A stretch of 26,145 nucleotides of DNA from a virus (taxonomy: Duplodnaviria; Caudoviricetes), in the IMG/VR virus record IMGVR_UViG_3300017728_000093, positions 1-26,145 of that record; one strand, given 5' to 3'. Position 1 is the first letter of the stretch. Each line of letters starts with the position of its first letter. Below the pieces are notes generated by a model. The model saw only the letters and a list, made by a program, of their open reading frames with translations. It had not been told where the DNA came from and did no database searches. Positions 16,193-25,146 of this stretch are shown piece after piece. A program made the translations under genes and the position numbers.

Positions 16193-18064
16193 CTATATTT
16201 CACAGTTGTTGCCAACGCAAGCCAGTGTTTGTGAGCCTTCTGTCATGTCACTGTCTTCGACAATATCCCAAGACATTTCCGTAGGGAAATCAGAAGCAAA
16301 AGTCTTATACTCTTCTTCAGTAATTGGCTCATACGGTGCTTGTTGATAAGTATGCTCTGAGTAAGGGAGGAACGATACACCACTGATCTTATCGAACTTG
16401 TTATACAGCCACTGACCTACTTCGAGGAACTCATCATCACGATAGTAACACGTCATAGACGGCTTATGCTCGCACCAAAAGTCTTGATAAATCTCCCATA
16501 GTTCTAACTGCTCCATAGCACCCATCTCAGAGGCCACCACAGCCCCGTCAGGAGACTTTATAGGGAAGGAGAATACCTTGGTAGAGGGTGACATTACGTC
16601 GTCTTCTACGGGGATTCCAGCCTCTTCAAGGACGGTGCAGAGGGGGTCTCGTGAGTCCGCTCTAACTCGTCTAATGTATTGATCTGAGTATCGAGGGTGA
16701 ATACCACTAGCAGAATCAACCAACTGGCTAACAGTACCGGAAGGCTTAACAGCAGTAATGGCAGTGCTAATATTAATATCAAGGCGTTTAGCCCACTCTG
16801 CGTTAGTTTTAACAGCTTCTTCTTTGAGTTCAGTGAGCCAAGTTTTAAGAACACCTTTATCTCTCCTTCCTGATAATGTTTTGTGGTCCATAATGCCTGT
16901 TAATGACACGCCCAACAACGCTTCTTCCTCTGTGTTCTTCTGCCACACTTTTCTCAGGTATCTAAAGTTGGTAAGGGTAGCTTGTAAAGTTCCAAGGATA
17001 GTCGCAACACGTACTTTTCGTTTGAGGTCTGACAAAGTATCGGTCGGCCTGACGACAACCTCTGACAAATTACAGAACTGATAGGGTCGGAGAATGATTT
17101 CTGAGCATGGATTAGTTCCAAAGTCATAGGTAGCATCTCGTCGCTCGTTTTTTGCAGCTTGCTTTTGACTTGCAACCCTAGAGAACATTCCTCGCTCTCC
17201 TGATCGTGATTCGTATAGGCTTGTCCACTCATTTAAAAATGCCTCGAAGTCTGGCTTCTCTGTATAGCACGCACTGTTGTTGGCTAGTCCTCGCTGTGGG
17301 TTATCGTTCCACCACTGTCCTGACTTGGCCCGACGAATTCTGTCGTCAGTGAGGTTACTAAGACTGATGAGAGCGCTTCGCCTAACTCCCCCGACGACAA
17401 CGATTTGTGCAATCTTACAGCAGATATCGTGACATTCGATGGAGGAAAGCTTGCGTCCAGCAGCCTCCCTAAAGATTTCTGTGGTAAATTTAAAGAGATC
17501 AACAAGAGGCTCTGCACCAGACGCTCGACCTCCAAAAGTTTTAAGGGCTGCCCCTGCAGGTCGTATTCCACTGACGTCCCACTTTGGAAGTTGACCTGTA
17601 TAGAGCAAGCTGACAAGTTCTCTGTAAGCTTTAGCCCATCCAATTTTAGAGTCGGCGACGTGTATAACGGTATCTGTTTCATGAAATTCTTCTGCTACCT
17701 CCGGTAATTTAGTTACGTATTGTCGTTCTACGCTGAACCCAGCGCCTGTCCCACACATTAGGACGTACATCATTTCATCAAATGCTTTTGGGTGATCTAT
17801 TGGCATGTAGCTACAGTTAAACCCTGCAACATTATCACGATCAAGAGCCTCACCAGCAGTCATCAAAGCTCTCATGCTGGGCATAACACCCATGTCATGA
17901 ATGTCTGAGAAAATACCGTTGGCCTCTTCAAGTGTTAGCTTACCCTTTTCAATCCAAAAGTTTAAATATCTGTCGATTGTTTCTTCCCAAGTCTCACGTC
18001 GCTGTTCCTCTGGCAGGTAACGAGCGTATCGTGACTTGTGTATGTACTGTTGATATAAATCCAT
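16193..18064 (-). CDS. nrdJ: Class II (adenosylcobalamin-dependent) ribonucleotide reductase, RTPR-type
   Basis: 623 aa; MPSMRALM, GFNCSY, GGVRRSALISL, GTNPCSEI (thiyl Cys), T.VKPSGT.S and C-terminal redox pair ACVGNNCEI; no beta subunit in the window. Confidence 0.93.
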   Translation of the reverse strand: MDLYQQYIHKSRYARYLPEEQRRETWEETIDRYLNFWIEKGKLTLEEANGIFSDIHDMGVMPSMRALMTAGEALDRDNVAGFNCSYMPIDHPKAFDEMMYVLMCGTGAGFSVERQYVTKLPEVAEEFHETDTVIHVADSKIGWAKAYRELVSLLYTGQLPKWDVSGIRPAGAALKTFGGRASGAEPLVDLFKFTTEIFREAAGRKLSSIECHDICCKIAQIVVVGGVRRSALISLSNLTDDRIRRAKSGQWWNDNPQRGLANNSACYTEKPDFEAFLNEWTSLYESRSGERGMFSRVASQKQAAKNERRDATYDFGTNPCSEIILRPYQFCNLSEVVVRPTDTLSDLKRKVRVATILGTLQATLTNFRYLRKVWQKNTEEEALLGVSLTGIMDHKTLSGRRDKGVLKTWLTELKEEAVKTNAEWAKRLDINISTAITAVKPSGTVSQLVDSASGIHPRYSDQYIRRVRADSRDPLCTVLEEAGIPVEDDVMSPSTKVFSFPIKSPDGAVVASEMGAMEQLELWEIYQDFWCEHKPSMTCYYRDDEFLEVGQWLYNKFDKISGVSFLPYSEHTYQQAPYEPITEEEYKTFASDFPTEMSWDIVEDSDMTEGSQTLACVGNNCEI

Positions 18065-18213
18065 TAGTTTTCCTTTTCTCCATGATAAATAATTATTACT
18101 GCTTCACATTCTGAACAGGTTAAGTTTGTTTCAATCAACTCGTTGCCATCCATATCTTCAACATCAAGATCACCTCCCCATATTAAATCCGAACTACACA
18201 CGTAACATTTCAT
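18064..18213 (-). CDS. Small zinc-ribbon protein (49 aa)
   Basis: MKCYVC...LIWGGD...TNLTCSECEA, two CxxC pairs; the ATG at 18213 is preferred over the longer track start. Confidence 0.75.
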   Translation of the reverse strand: MKCYVCSSDLIWGGDLDVEDMDGNELIETNLTCSECEAVIIIYHGEKEN

Positions 18214-18319
18214 CTTTGTGCCTCTGAGGATTTTTTTTCTTTGGCGGTGATTCACCCTTCTGTTTAAACTTTTTCTTTCGGTTGAACTTATCAGATCGTT
18301 CTTGTTTTCGGTCTATCAT
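18194..18319 (-). CDS. Small basic protein (41 aa), not in the ORF track
   Basis: MIDRKQERSDKFNRKKKFKQKGESPPKKKNPQRHKDEMLRV*; ATGA overlap with the endonuclease stop and an upstream AAGGA. Confidence 0.6.
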   Translation of the reverse strand: MIDRKQERSDKFNRKKKFKQKGESPPKKKNPQRHKDEMLRV

Positions 18320-18792
18320 AGTCCTTCTTCTTTATGTTTTATATTAATCCAATCATCGGGCAAGGTCTGTTCACTATACCACCTAAAGCCTCGTGAGGTT
18401 GCCCACTCACCGTGAGATCTTTTTGTTCCGTCTTTACGTCGCTTTGCCTGTGGCATCGGGGCGCTAGGATCAGAAAACAAAAAGACTAGCTCGTGGTTTT
18501 TAGGTAGTGACTTGCTTATCCAAACGTATTTAGAGTATTCGGGAGCGTCCCAAAACCTCCCCTTAGCTTCGAGAAGGATTGTCTTGCCTTTAATAACCTT
18601 AACGAAGTCTGCATGATACGTGTGATCTACAGTGTAGTCAACCTTTGTGGTGTGGATATCCCAGTTAGATAACGGTCCAGAGTGTAGTTTGTATTCCCAC
18701 TGTGAGTCGTAACCGGGAGTCAAGTCTTTTTCTACAGGACGCACAACTCTTTTTTTACGATAACCTTTTCGTATCTTTGGTTGTTTATTCAA
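18316..18792 (-). CDS. T7 endonuclease I-like Holliday junction resolvase
   Basis: YDSQWE, Y.ADF, LEAKGRF, LVFLF, WA...GF motifs; TTG start with GAGGAG RBS. Confidence 0.82.
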   Translation of the reverse strand: MNKQPKIRKGYRKKRVVRPVEKDLTPGYDSQWEYKLHSGPLSNWDIHTTKVDYTVDHTYHADFVKVIKGKTILLEAKGRFWDAPEYSKYVWISKSLPKNHELVFLFSDPSAPMPQAKRRKDGTKRSHGEWATSRGFRWYSEQTLPDDWINIKHKEEGL

Positions 18793-18959
18793 TGTAATAC
18801 CGCTCCTCTTTTTTCTATCTCTAGCTCAAGAGCAGTGTGAAGATCGTAAAGTGCTTCATCTTCAATGGTACTGACATCGTTGCCGCTAGTAAGGTGTGCA
18901 GCAAACCCAATGATAATTATTTCAAAAGGCACTAAAAGTCCCTGTTTATCATTTTCCAT
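18789..18959 (-). CDS. Hypothetical protein (56 aa), not in the ORF track
   Basis: MENDKQGLLVPFEIIIIGFAAHLTSGNDVSTIEDEALYDLHTALELEIEKRGAVLH*; fills the gap exactly and its stop overlaps the TTG of the next gene. Confidence 0.7.
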   Translation of the reverse strand: MENDKQGLLVPFEIIIIGFAAHLTSGNDVSTIEDEALYDLHTALELEIEKRGAVLH

Positions 18960-19240
18960 GTTTGCATCTCAGCCTTAATATCTTCTAAAGTAAATGAATT
19001 TATAGGCCTGTCAGGGTTAGCAACCACAAGACCCTTTAGCTTTTTGCGTACCCACCGTGGAGAAAAGGTACTAAGAAAAAACTTGTTGTTGGAAAACACA
19101 TGCGTCTGATCGGGGAGAAGTTCTTTATAATTATTTAAAGTTATCATCTTGGCTTCTTCTTCAGAGACTAGTGTGTGCAACCAAGCAACAAGAATATGTG
19201 GAACTTGCTTGTTGATTTGTTTAATTATTTTTCTATTCAT
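18932..19240 (-). CDS. Hypothetical protein (102 aa)
   Basis: ATGA overlap with the exonuclease stop; co-oriented in the replication operon. Confidence 0.78.
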   Translation of the reverse strand: MNRKIIKQINKQVPHILVAWLHTLVSEEEAKMITLNNYKELLPDQTHVFSNNKFFLSTFSPRWVRKKLKGLVVANPDRPINSFTLEDIKAEMQTWKMINRDF

Positions 19241-20097
19241 AGCAAGATCTCGTCAACTCGTGGGGGTGCCACGACTTTAGTAAAGTATGTTGGTCCGTTT
19301 GAATATGCGTATGCTTTAAGCCCCTCACCATTATTAGAGTCTGAGTAACATTCAAACTTGTAAGGGCAGTACGCACAACCAGAAGGAAGTTTCATGTTTC
19401 CTTTCTTACCTTCAGGTATAGGAGCATAACATCGTGAGGGTGGCGTGTCAACAGAAATCGCAGCTCTAACCTTCTTTATTTTGTCTTTTACATTCGGCTT
19501 CTCAAGATCGTCGGGACGATACAAACACAACTCACCGCTCTCTTTGTTGATAACAAGAAAGCCTCCTTCGTTTGTGTTCTCTGCCGTCTCATATCCTGAG
19601 AGCTGTGCTAGATATCCAAAGGGGTCGTTGTCAGCAAGAGTTCCGTTCCTAAACTTATTAAATGCAAACTTAGAAGCTGTCTTAACGTCCACTACCTCAC
19701 CGTTAATCTTACAATCCATATGGCCTTTGATGCCAGACACGTCTATTTCTTTTTGTTCTGATGTAACCTCGTGTCCCGTCATGCGGACTAACATCAAGAC
19801 AATCTCCTCTAGAAGATGTCCATAAAGAAATTTGATTTGTGTTGCACCGCTAATGGATCGGGCGGTAGAAGGCGTTTTACTTTCATACCACAACTGTCGT
19901 AGGGGTCTTCCGATGTTAGACATCCGCAGGGTAAACTCTGCTTGAGGATCTCGTGGTGTAGCCCAAGACAAGATGCTTTCTTTAATACGGACAAGAGTAT
20001 CATCCAGCTCTGTCTCATCAATATTAAGTGGCTCACCGGCTGACAAGCCTTCAAGCCTTCCATATATATCCTGTATTAATGTATCTAAAGTATTCAT
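19237..20097 (-). CDS. PD-(D/E)XK exonuclease, Cas4/RecB-like phage type
   Basis: RMSNIG..RQLWY, GHLLEE, GHMD...VVDVKTAS, Y.AQL..Y and C-terminal CAYCPYKFEC. Confidence 0.85.
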   Translation of the reverse strand: MNTLDTLIQDIYGRLEGLSAGEPLNIDETELDDTLVRIKESILSWATPRDPQAEFTLRMSNIGRPLRQLWYESKTPSTARSISGATQIKFLYGHLLEEIVLMLVRMTGHEVTSEQKEIDVSGIKGHMDCKINGEVVDVKTASKFAFNKFRNGTLADNDPFGYLAQLSGYETAENTNEGGFLVINKESGELCLYRPDDLEKPNVKDKIKKVRAAISVDTPPSRCYAPIPEGKKGNMKLPSGCAYCPYKFECYSDSNNGEGLKAYAYSNGPTYFTKVVAPPRVDEILL

Positions 20098-20633
20098 TCT
20101 GATTCCAATTTAACTTGATTTATAATATTACGAGCTTCTTCTGTTGAGCATTGAAACCACTCGCCTTTTTGTTCGAACCTTTCAGCTAAGATTGTATGTG
20201 CCTTAGCTTCTGAAGCTCGACGGTTACTAACTTTACAATAAGACACTAACTCAAAATCACGAAAAGGGCTAGAAGTTTGATAGTTTTTTAATCTATCTGT
20301 TGCATCTACAGCCATTCCAACCTTTACCCACCCCTCAAATGCAGGGTTGGTTATAACATAAACCTGTCCTTCACTGGACTTTTTGTAATTCTTTAGTGAG
20401 CTAAAAGCTGCAGCCTCAAAACTTTTATACCGTCCGGGCTTGTGTAGGGGGTGTGAAGTAGGAATGTACTTACTGTCAACCCACATTCGATTTGTGTTTT
20501 TATTTATGTGAGCCTTTAAAGTTCTTTTCCCACCGTCTTTTGCGCCAACATAAAAATATTTTCCGTCTTCTTCAATAATATTTTTACAGTAATTCATTGT
20601 TAGTTCTTTAATATATTCTTCAGTGTGTTTCAT
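20094..20633 (-). CDS. GIY-YIG superfamily (T5orf172-like) nuclease, possible free-standing homing endonuclease
   Basis: GQVYVITNPAFEGWVKVGMA.D..DRL..YQTSSP...E..AH..L.......EWF. The start is at 20633 or 20651; both overlap the polymerase end. Confidence 0.8.
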   Translation of the reverse strand: MKHTEEYIKELTMNYCKNIIEEDGKYFYVGAKDGGKRTLKAHINKNTNRMWVDSKYIPTSHPLHKPGRYKSFEAAAFSSLKNYKKSSEGQVYVITNPAFEGWVKVGMAVDATDRLKNYQTSSPFRDFELVSYCKVSNRRASEAKAHTILAERFEQKGEWFQCSTEEARNIINQVKLESE

Positions 20634-22380
20634 ACCAGTTGTTTCCGACATTATATTCTCCCGTTAAACTGCACTTTAAGTTAAAGTCATTACCGGCCTT
20701 CTCGATTGCAGCAATACCCAGCTCACCAACTCTATCTGCTACATCCTTGTGTGCTTCGATCTGCCACTCATCGTGGACGTTAGCTACAAAGTGTGCATCA
20801 AGATCCTTGATAGATTCTTGAAGGTTAATCACTGCTTGCTTCATAACAATAGCACCAGCACCTTGCAGCAAAGTATTTAACGCTGCGTGTTCCGACCGAA
20901 CAAATAACTTACGTTTGTCCAGTCCCTTGAGGTATCCTCTTCGAGCCGCTCCCGCAACTCTGTCTTTAAGATTTTTAAATGCAGGGAGATTATCGAAGAA
21001 AGATTGTCTAAGTCTTCCACCATCTTTTGCGTCTCCTCCAACCACTGAACCAAGTTTAGCATCTCCTGCTCCGTACAAGAGTGCATAGATGAAAGTTTTT
21101 GCCTGAGGTCTTGATTCAAGTCCCGCAGCATTTTGATTTGCTGTGTGTATGTCTCCGTTGAGAAGTTCATAAGTAAAGCCCTCGTCGTTCATGTAGTGTG
21201 CTAACATTCTTAGTTCAAGTCCACTGGCATCAATACCTACCAAGCGATACCCGTCGTCTACAACCCAACACTGCCGACACTCTTTACCGTATGGGCTACT
21301 TGTACTTGGAACCTGTGCCATGTTAGGACTTCTGTGTGTCATCCGTCCTGTCACTGCACCATTAGTATTTACAAAACCGTGAATGCGTCCGTCGTCTCCA
21401 AGCTCTTTGAACCAAGAGTTTATTTGTGCAATACGCTTTTGAAGCATGAGATACTCAGCAATGATTGCAGCCTCAGGTATGTTTTTTACTTGCGATAAGA
21501 CTTTCTCATCAACAATTGGCTGTCCCGTAGGCGTAAACTTTTTAGGCTTCCAGCCAAACTCCAAGAGATATTCTCCAATTTGTTTCCTAGAGCCAAGATT
21601 AAAAGGTTCAGAATCACAGCGAATAAGACGCTTGTCTGGATCTTTACTCGCCTTCTCATACTCTTCATCAGATAGCCGGACCTTCCTTGTTTCTTTGTGG
21701 ACTTGCGCCATCTTAGAAAGCTTACCTGCTTTGGTAAAAGTAGGGACAAGTTCCATAGATGTCTCACGGGGCTTGAATGTTTTATGTACTTCTTTTTCTG
21801 CTTGAGAAAGCTTGCCTGTCAGTTCCGCTAGTAGCTCCATTGCATGTTGTTGATTAAGCTTGAAGCCTTTATCTCGCTGTGCATTTAAGATTCGATACAC
21901 GCTATGTTCTAAAGTAACTGAGGCAGGACCAAAGCCCGGAAGCTCTGCTGTTGTTAGATGTCTATAAACTTTATAGTTGAGAGATACATCTTGCTTACAA
22001 TACTTCATCATCTCTGGTGTATAGTATTCAAAGTTATCATACTCAATCTTGCGATGTCGTAGCCTGTATCCCCACCCCTCTAGAGCATGACCACCCTCAC
22101 GAGCAGGATTGAACAGTCGAGAAAGAACAAGTGTATCTACAATTTTAATACTACCGTTGTCCAGATTAACGCCTGTTAGTTTCTCGATGACGGGAATGTC
22201 ATAACCAAGAATGTTGTGGCCGATAAGTTTGGTTGCATTTTGTAGAAGACTTATTCCTTTGTCAATACATTCGGGACCATACTCGTAAAACTTTCCGGTC
22301 TCTGTATCCATAGCAACTATACAAAACATCTTGGTCGGCTTAAGGCCGTCAGCTTCTATATCAAAAACATAAGATGTCAT
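20620..22380 (-). CDS. polA: DNA polymerase family A with 3'-5' exonuclease (T7 gp5-like)
   Basis: ExoI FDIEAD, ExoII GHNILGYD, ExoIII YCKQD; TGRM; motif A DASGLELR; motif B RPQAKTFIYALLYG; motif C VHDE. Confidence 0.97.
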   Translation of the reverse strand: MTSYVFDIEADGLKPTKMFCIVAMDTETGKFYEYGPECIDKGISLLQNATKLIGHNILGYDIPVIEKLTGVNLDNGSIKIVDTLVLSRLFNPAREGGHALEGWGYRLRHRKIEYDNFEYYTPEMMKYCKQDVSLNYKVYRHLTTAELPGFGPASVTLEHSVYRILNAQRDKGFKLNQQHAMELLAELTGKLSQAEKEVHKTFKPRETSMELVPTFTKAGKLSKMAQVHKETRKVRLSDEEYEKASKDPDKRLIRCDSEPFNLGSRKQIGEYLLEFGWKPKKFTPTGQPIVDEKVLSQVKNIPEAAIIAEYLMLQKRIAQINSWFKELGDDGRIHGFVNTNGAVTGRMTHRSPNMAQVPSTSSPYGKECRQCWVVDDGYRLVGIDASGLELRMLAHYMNDEGFTYELLNGDIHTANQNAAGLESRPQAKTFIYALLYGAGDAKLGSVVGGDAKDGGRLRQSFFDNLPAFKNLKDRVAGAARRGYLKGLDKRKLFVRSEHAALNTLLQGAGAIVMKQAVINLQESIKDLDAHFVANVHDEWQIEAHKDVADRVGELGIAAIEKAGNDFNLKCSLTGEYNVGNNWYETH

Positions 22381-24014
22381 ATTTCATCTCCAAGTTCATC
22401 AATCATTGTATCAATATCTACTTCGTTGAGGCGTCCTGTTTCTTGGTCGTAGTGGAGGTGTGTGGCTAAACCAACGTCACCAGTATATCTAGACTTAAGG
22501 ACACGTACTTTAGTAGTTGAGGCAACCATAACATCGTCTGACTGTTGGTTACGCTCTAAGCTTATCACACAATCACTAAGTTGTGCAATAGATTGTGAGC
22601 CACGTAAATGATTTAATGCAGTCTCAATACCGTTCTCATGACCTCGATCACCTTGGGTGCGTCGAAGGTGTGACACAAGAATCATACCACAGCCGGTCTC
22701 TTCTACGAGAGTTCTAAGCCTGTGCATAATCATATCAATAGCTTTGCGTTCATCAGGATCATCAGATAAAAGAACAAGCATGTGGAGGTGATCAAGAACA
22801 ATCCACTTACAATCACAGCCGATAATCATGTAGCGTAGTTTACTGAATACACTTTCAAGATCATTCATGCCGAGGTGTCCATAAACCCAGACACGATCTG
22901 TGTTCTCGCCGCCGAACATTTCTTGGTGCATTTCTCTTAGGTTGTCATCATCAAAAAGATTACGAACACTGTCAAGGTGGAGTCGGGCATCGGCCTCGAT
23001 AGATAAGATACCATCAATAGTTCTTTGCCAATTCTCTTCGAGAGCCATAACTCCTACATTATCTTTAGTCTTCTTGATGAGCCAATGCTCTAGCTCACGG
23101 GTGACGCTGGACTTACCAAGACCTGTACCACCCGTCAAGGTTACTAGCTCACCAGCACGAAGACCCTCTAGCTTCTCGTTCAGTCCTTCCCAAGGGAAAG
23201 GCACAGAGTCTGTTCGTGTTCTCGTAAGATAACTTTCTAAGTTGTCAGAGACATTGAGAACGCCTGAAGGAGTATACTTCTTAGCGTTCCACCAGTTGTG
23301 GACATAGGCCTTGTGCTGTCCGGCCCGTAACATATCGTTAGCATCTTTGTAGTCAACGGGGACTTCCATGATCCTAGCCTTGCCGGGTCGAAGAAGTCTT
23401 GCTACTTTCTTAGCGGCATCACGTCCATGCTGATCGTTGTCAAAGTTAATAATAATATTATCAAAAGATTCTAAGAACTCTAGATTTTCTTTGACATCAC
23501 GATCTGCTGACTGTGCGCCGTTACGAATAGATACAACCGGCCACTGAGAACCCATGAGTTCGTAGGCTGACATCGCATCTACTTCGCCTTCAACAAGTGT
23601 TACATATTTACCACCGCTTTGAAACAACTGTTGGCCGAAAAGACCACAGCTTTTCCCATCACCACGCCAAACAAAACTTTTATTTTCTTTGCGTACCTTG
23701 ACGCCAATTGCTTCGTTGCCAGAATAGTATGGGTATATGTGTTCTACAATCTGACCTGTAGAGTTTTTAACGGATCGAACTCTATACTTCTTTGCTGTTG
23801 CTAGGCTGATACTCCTGTCAGTTAGTGGATAAAACTCTCCGCTTGGTGCGGGTGTCTTCTGATAATTTGACATAGAAGTCACGTTACTTTTTTCCTTGTC
23901 ACTAGGAATGAAAACCCCGCAACTAAAACATTTGATGGAACCATCGTCGTTCATAGCTGCGGGGTCGGAACCCCCACACTCAGGGCAGGGGAGTCGGGTT
24001 TGAACAAAGGCCAT
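22377..24014 (-). CDS. Primase-helicase (T7 gp4-like)
   Basis: Zn finger CPECGGSD...CFSC; TOPRIM VEGEVDA and FDND; Walker A GGTGLGKS; DHLH; LRGSQSIAQLSD; KSRYTG. Confidence 0.96.
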   Translation of the reverse strand: MAFVQTRLPCPECGGSDPAAMNDDGSIKCFSCGVFIPSDKEKSNVTSMSNYQKTPAPSGEFYPLTDRSISLATAKKYRVRSVKNSTGQIVEHIYPYYSGNEAIGVKVRKENKSFVWRGDGKSCGLFGQQLFQSGGKYVTLVEGEVDAMSAYELMGSQWPVVSIRNGAQSADRDVKENLEFLESFDNIIINFDNDQHGRDAAKKVARLLRPGKARIMEVPVDYKDANDMLRAGQHKAYVHNWWNAKKYTPSGVLNVSDNLESYLTRTRTDSVPFPWEGLNEKLEGLRAGELVTLTGGTGLGKSSVTRELEHWLIKKTKDNVGVMALEENWQRTIDGILSIEADARLHLDSVRNLFDDDNLREMHQEMFGGENTDRVWVYGHLGMNDLESVFSKLRYMIIGCDCKWIVLDHLHMLVLLSDDPDERKAIDMIMHRLRTLVEETGCGMILVSHLRRTQGDRGHENGIETALNHLRGSQSIAQLSDCVISLERNQQSDDVMVASTTKVRVLKSRYTGDVGLATHLHYDQETGRLNEVDIDTMIDELGDEI

Positions 24015-24015
24015 G

Positions 24016-24246
24016 TTAGTCCTCTACTAGTTCAGCTTCCTCAATAAAAATAGCATCTTCGGAAAGATACTCTTGTACTTTAGAGTGCAATGCAACCGAT
24101 GCTGCCTGTGCAATAACTACTCGATCTTCAAGACTACGAACGTCTTGCTCTGCTAACACTAAAAGCTGGAAGGCCTTCTGGCCCTCCGGTGATAGAAGAG
24201 TTACATCATACGTTGTGTCCTCGTGGACATAAGTAATGTTACTCAT
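24016..24246 (-). CDS. Hypothetical protein (76 aa; short beta segment plus coiled coil, DUF6447-like)
   Basis: TYDVTLLSPEGQKAFQLL...L...V.IAQAA; TAATG overlap with the SSB. Confidence 0.75.
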   Translation of the reverse strand: MSNITYVHEDTTYDVTLLSPEGQKAFQLLVLAEQDVRSLEDRVVIAQAASVALHSKVQEYLSEDAIFIEEAELVED

Positions 24247-24668
24247 TAAATTTCATCTCCATCTTCTTCAACATCAAACTCAGCGCCGTCTGGTGAGCTG
24301 AACTCAACAAGGTTTAGAACTTGCATAGCTTGAAAATCTAAGCCTTTAAAGTCCTGACCGTTCCACTGTGTTTCCCACTCTTTGAATTGCACCTTGACAT
24401 GAGAGCCGTTACCAACGGTAGCGTTGATCTCTCGCTTACTCTTATCATAAAGCTTTGGTGCTTCACGAATCATACCACGAGGTCCGTCTACCTTACGCTT
24501 AATAATTAACGCAGGACCATCATCAGTATCTTTTACTGTGAATCCACGATTGCGAAAGCTATCAGCAACATCGTCATCGACAACGAGGTTGACTGAATAG
24601 GCCGGTGTAAATTTAGTATTGGGTGTAGTGACAAAAGACCAATACGCTTTTCCTTCTAATACTGCCAT
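24246..24668 (-). CDS. Single-stranded DNA-binding protein (T7 gp2.5-like)
   Basis: GKAYW..V.TPNTKF...YSVNL, P.L.D......VGNGS.VKV, L..QAMQVL.LVEF and an acidic tail; AAGGAG RBS. Confidence 0.85.
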   Translation of the reverse strand: MAVLEGKAYWSFVTTPNTKFTPAYSVNLVVDDDVADSFRNRGFTVKDTDDGPALIIKRKVDGPRGMIREAPKLYDKSKREINATVGNGSHVKVQFKEWETQWNGQDFKGLDFQAMQVLNLVEFSSPDGAEFDVEEDGDEI

Positions 24669-24672
24669 ATAC

Positions 24673-24888
24673 TTATCTCCTTTGTAAGTGTGTAATGTAG
24701 GCTGGTATTTGCTTTAAAACAAATTCTTCTGTGATTGTGTTGTTACTGTTCTTGGCTTGTATTTTAACCCACGACTGCATATATTGCAATACCTCTAAGG
24801 GTGGGGTGCTTACACCAAGCATCATAACAAACGCTCGAATTAAAATATCTTCAATAAACTCATCGTCAGTTAAAACTTCCTCGAACAT
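24673..24888 (-). CDS. Hypothetical protein (71 aa)
   Basis: Co-oriented and fills the gap; GAGGT upstream. Confidence 0.7.
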   Translation of the reverse strand: MFEEVLTDDEFIEDILIRAFVMMLGVSTPPLEVLQYMQSWVKIQAKNSNNTITEEFVLKQIPAYITHLQRR

Positions 24889-24900
24889 CTATTGTATACC

Positions 24901-25146
24901 TCATGTAGATAAAGAAGAAAGAAGTGTACTTAATTTAACGCTGTCTAAAATAAAGTTAAGTCCTTCAGGAGACATATCAGAAGATAAATTTACCTCTCCT
25001 TCAGTTTCAATAATTAATAGAAATCCTGAGTCTTTTGGTGGTGACATCTGTGTCTTCAAAGTGTCCAGCGAGTTTTGTATCCTATCAAATAAAGGAACAT
25101 CTGTAAAGGATTCTTTCTGTGAAAAATTACCTTCAATTACTTTCAT
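24901..25146 (-). CDS. Hypothetical protein (~81 aa)
   Basis: Likely start MKVIEGNF at 25146 behind GGAGG; the track start at 25173 is also possible. Confidence 0.72.
   Translation of the reverse strand: MKVIEGNFSQKESFTDVPLFDRIQNSLDTLKTQMSPPKDSGFLLIIETEGEVNLSSDMSPEGLNFILDSVKLSTLLSSLST

Noticed and set aside
16193-24014. Introns or inteins in RNR, polymerase or helicase; HMO-2011-type DnaJ insertion in the polymerase
   Set aside because: The ORFs are continuous and compact with motifs in normal order; no intein termini or CxxCxGxG repeats seen.
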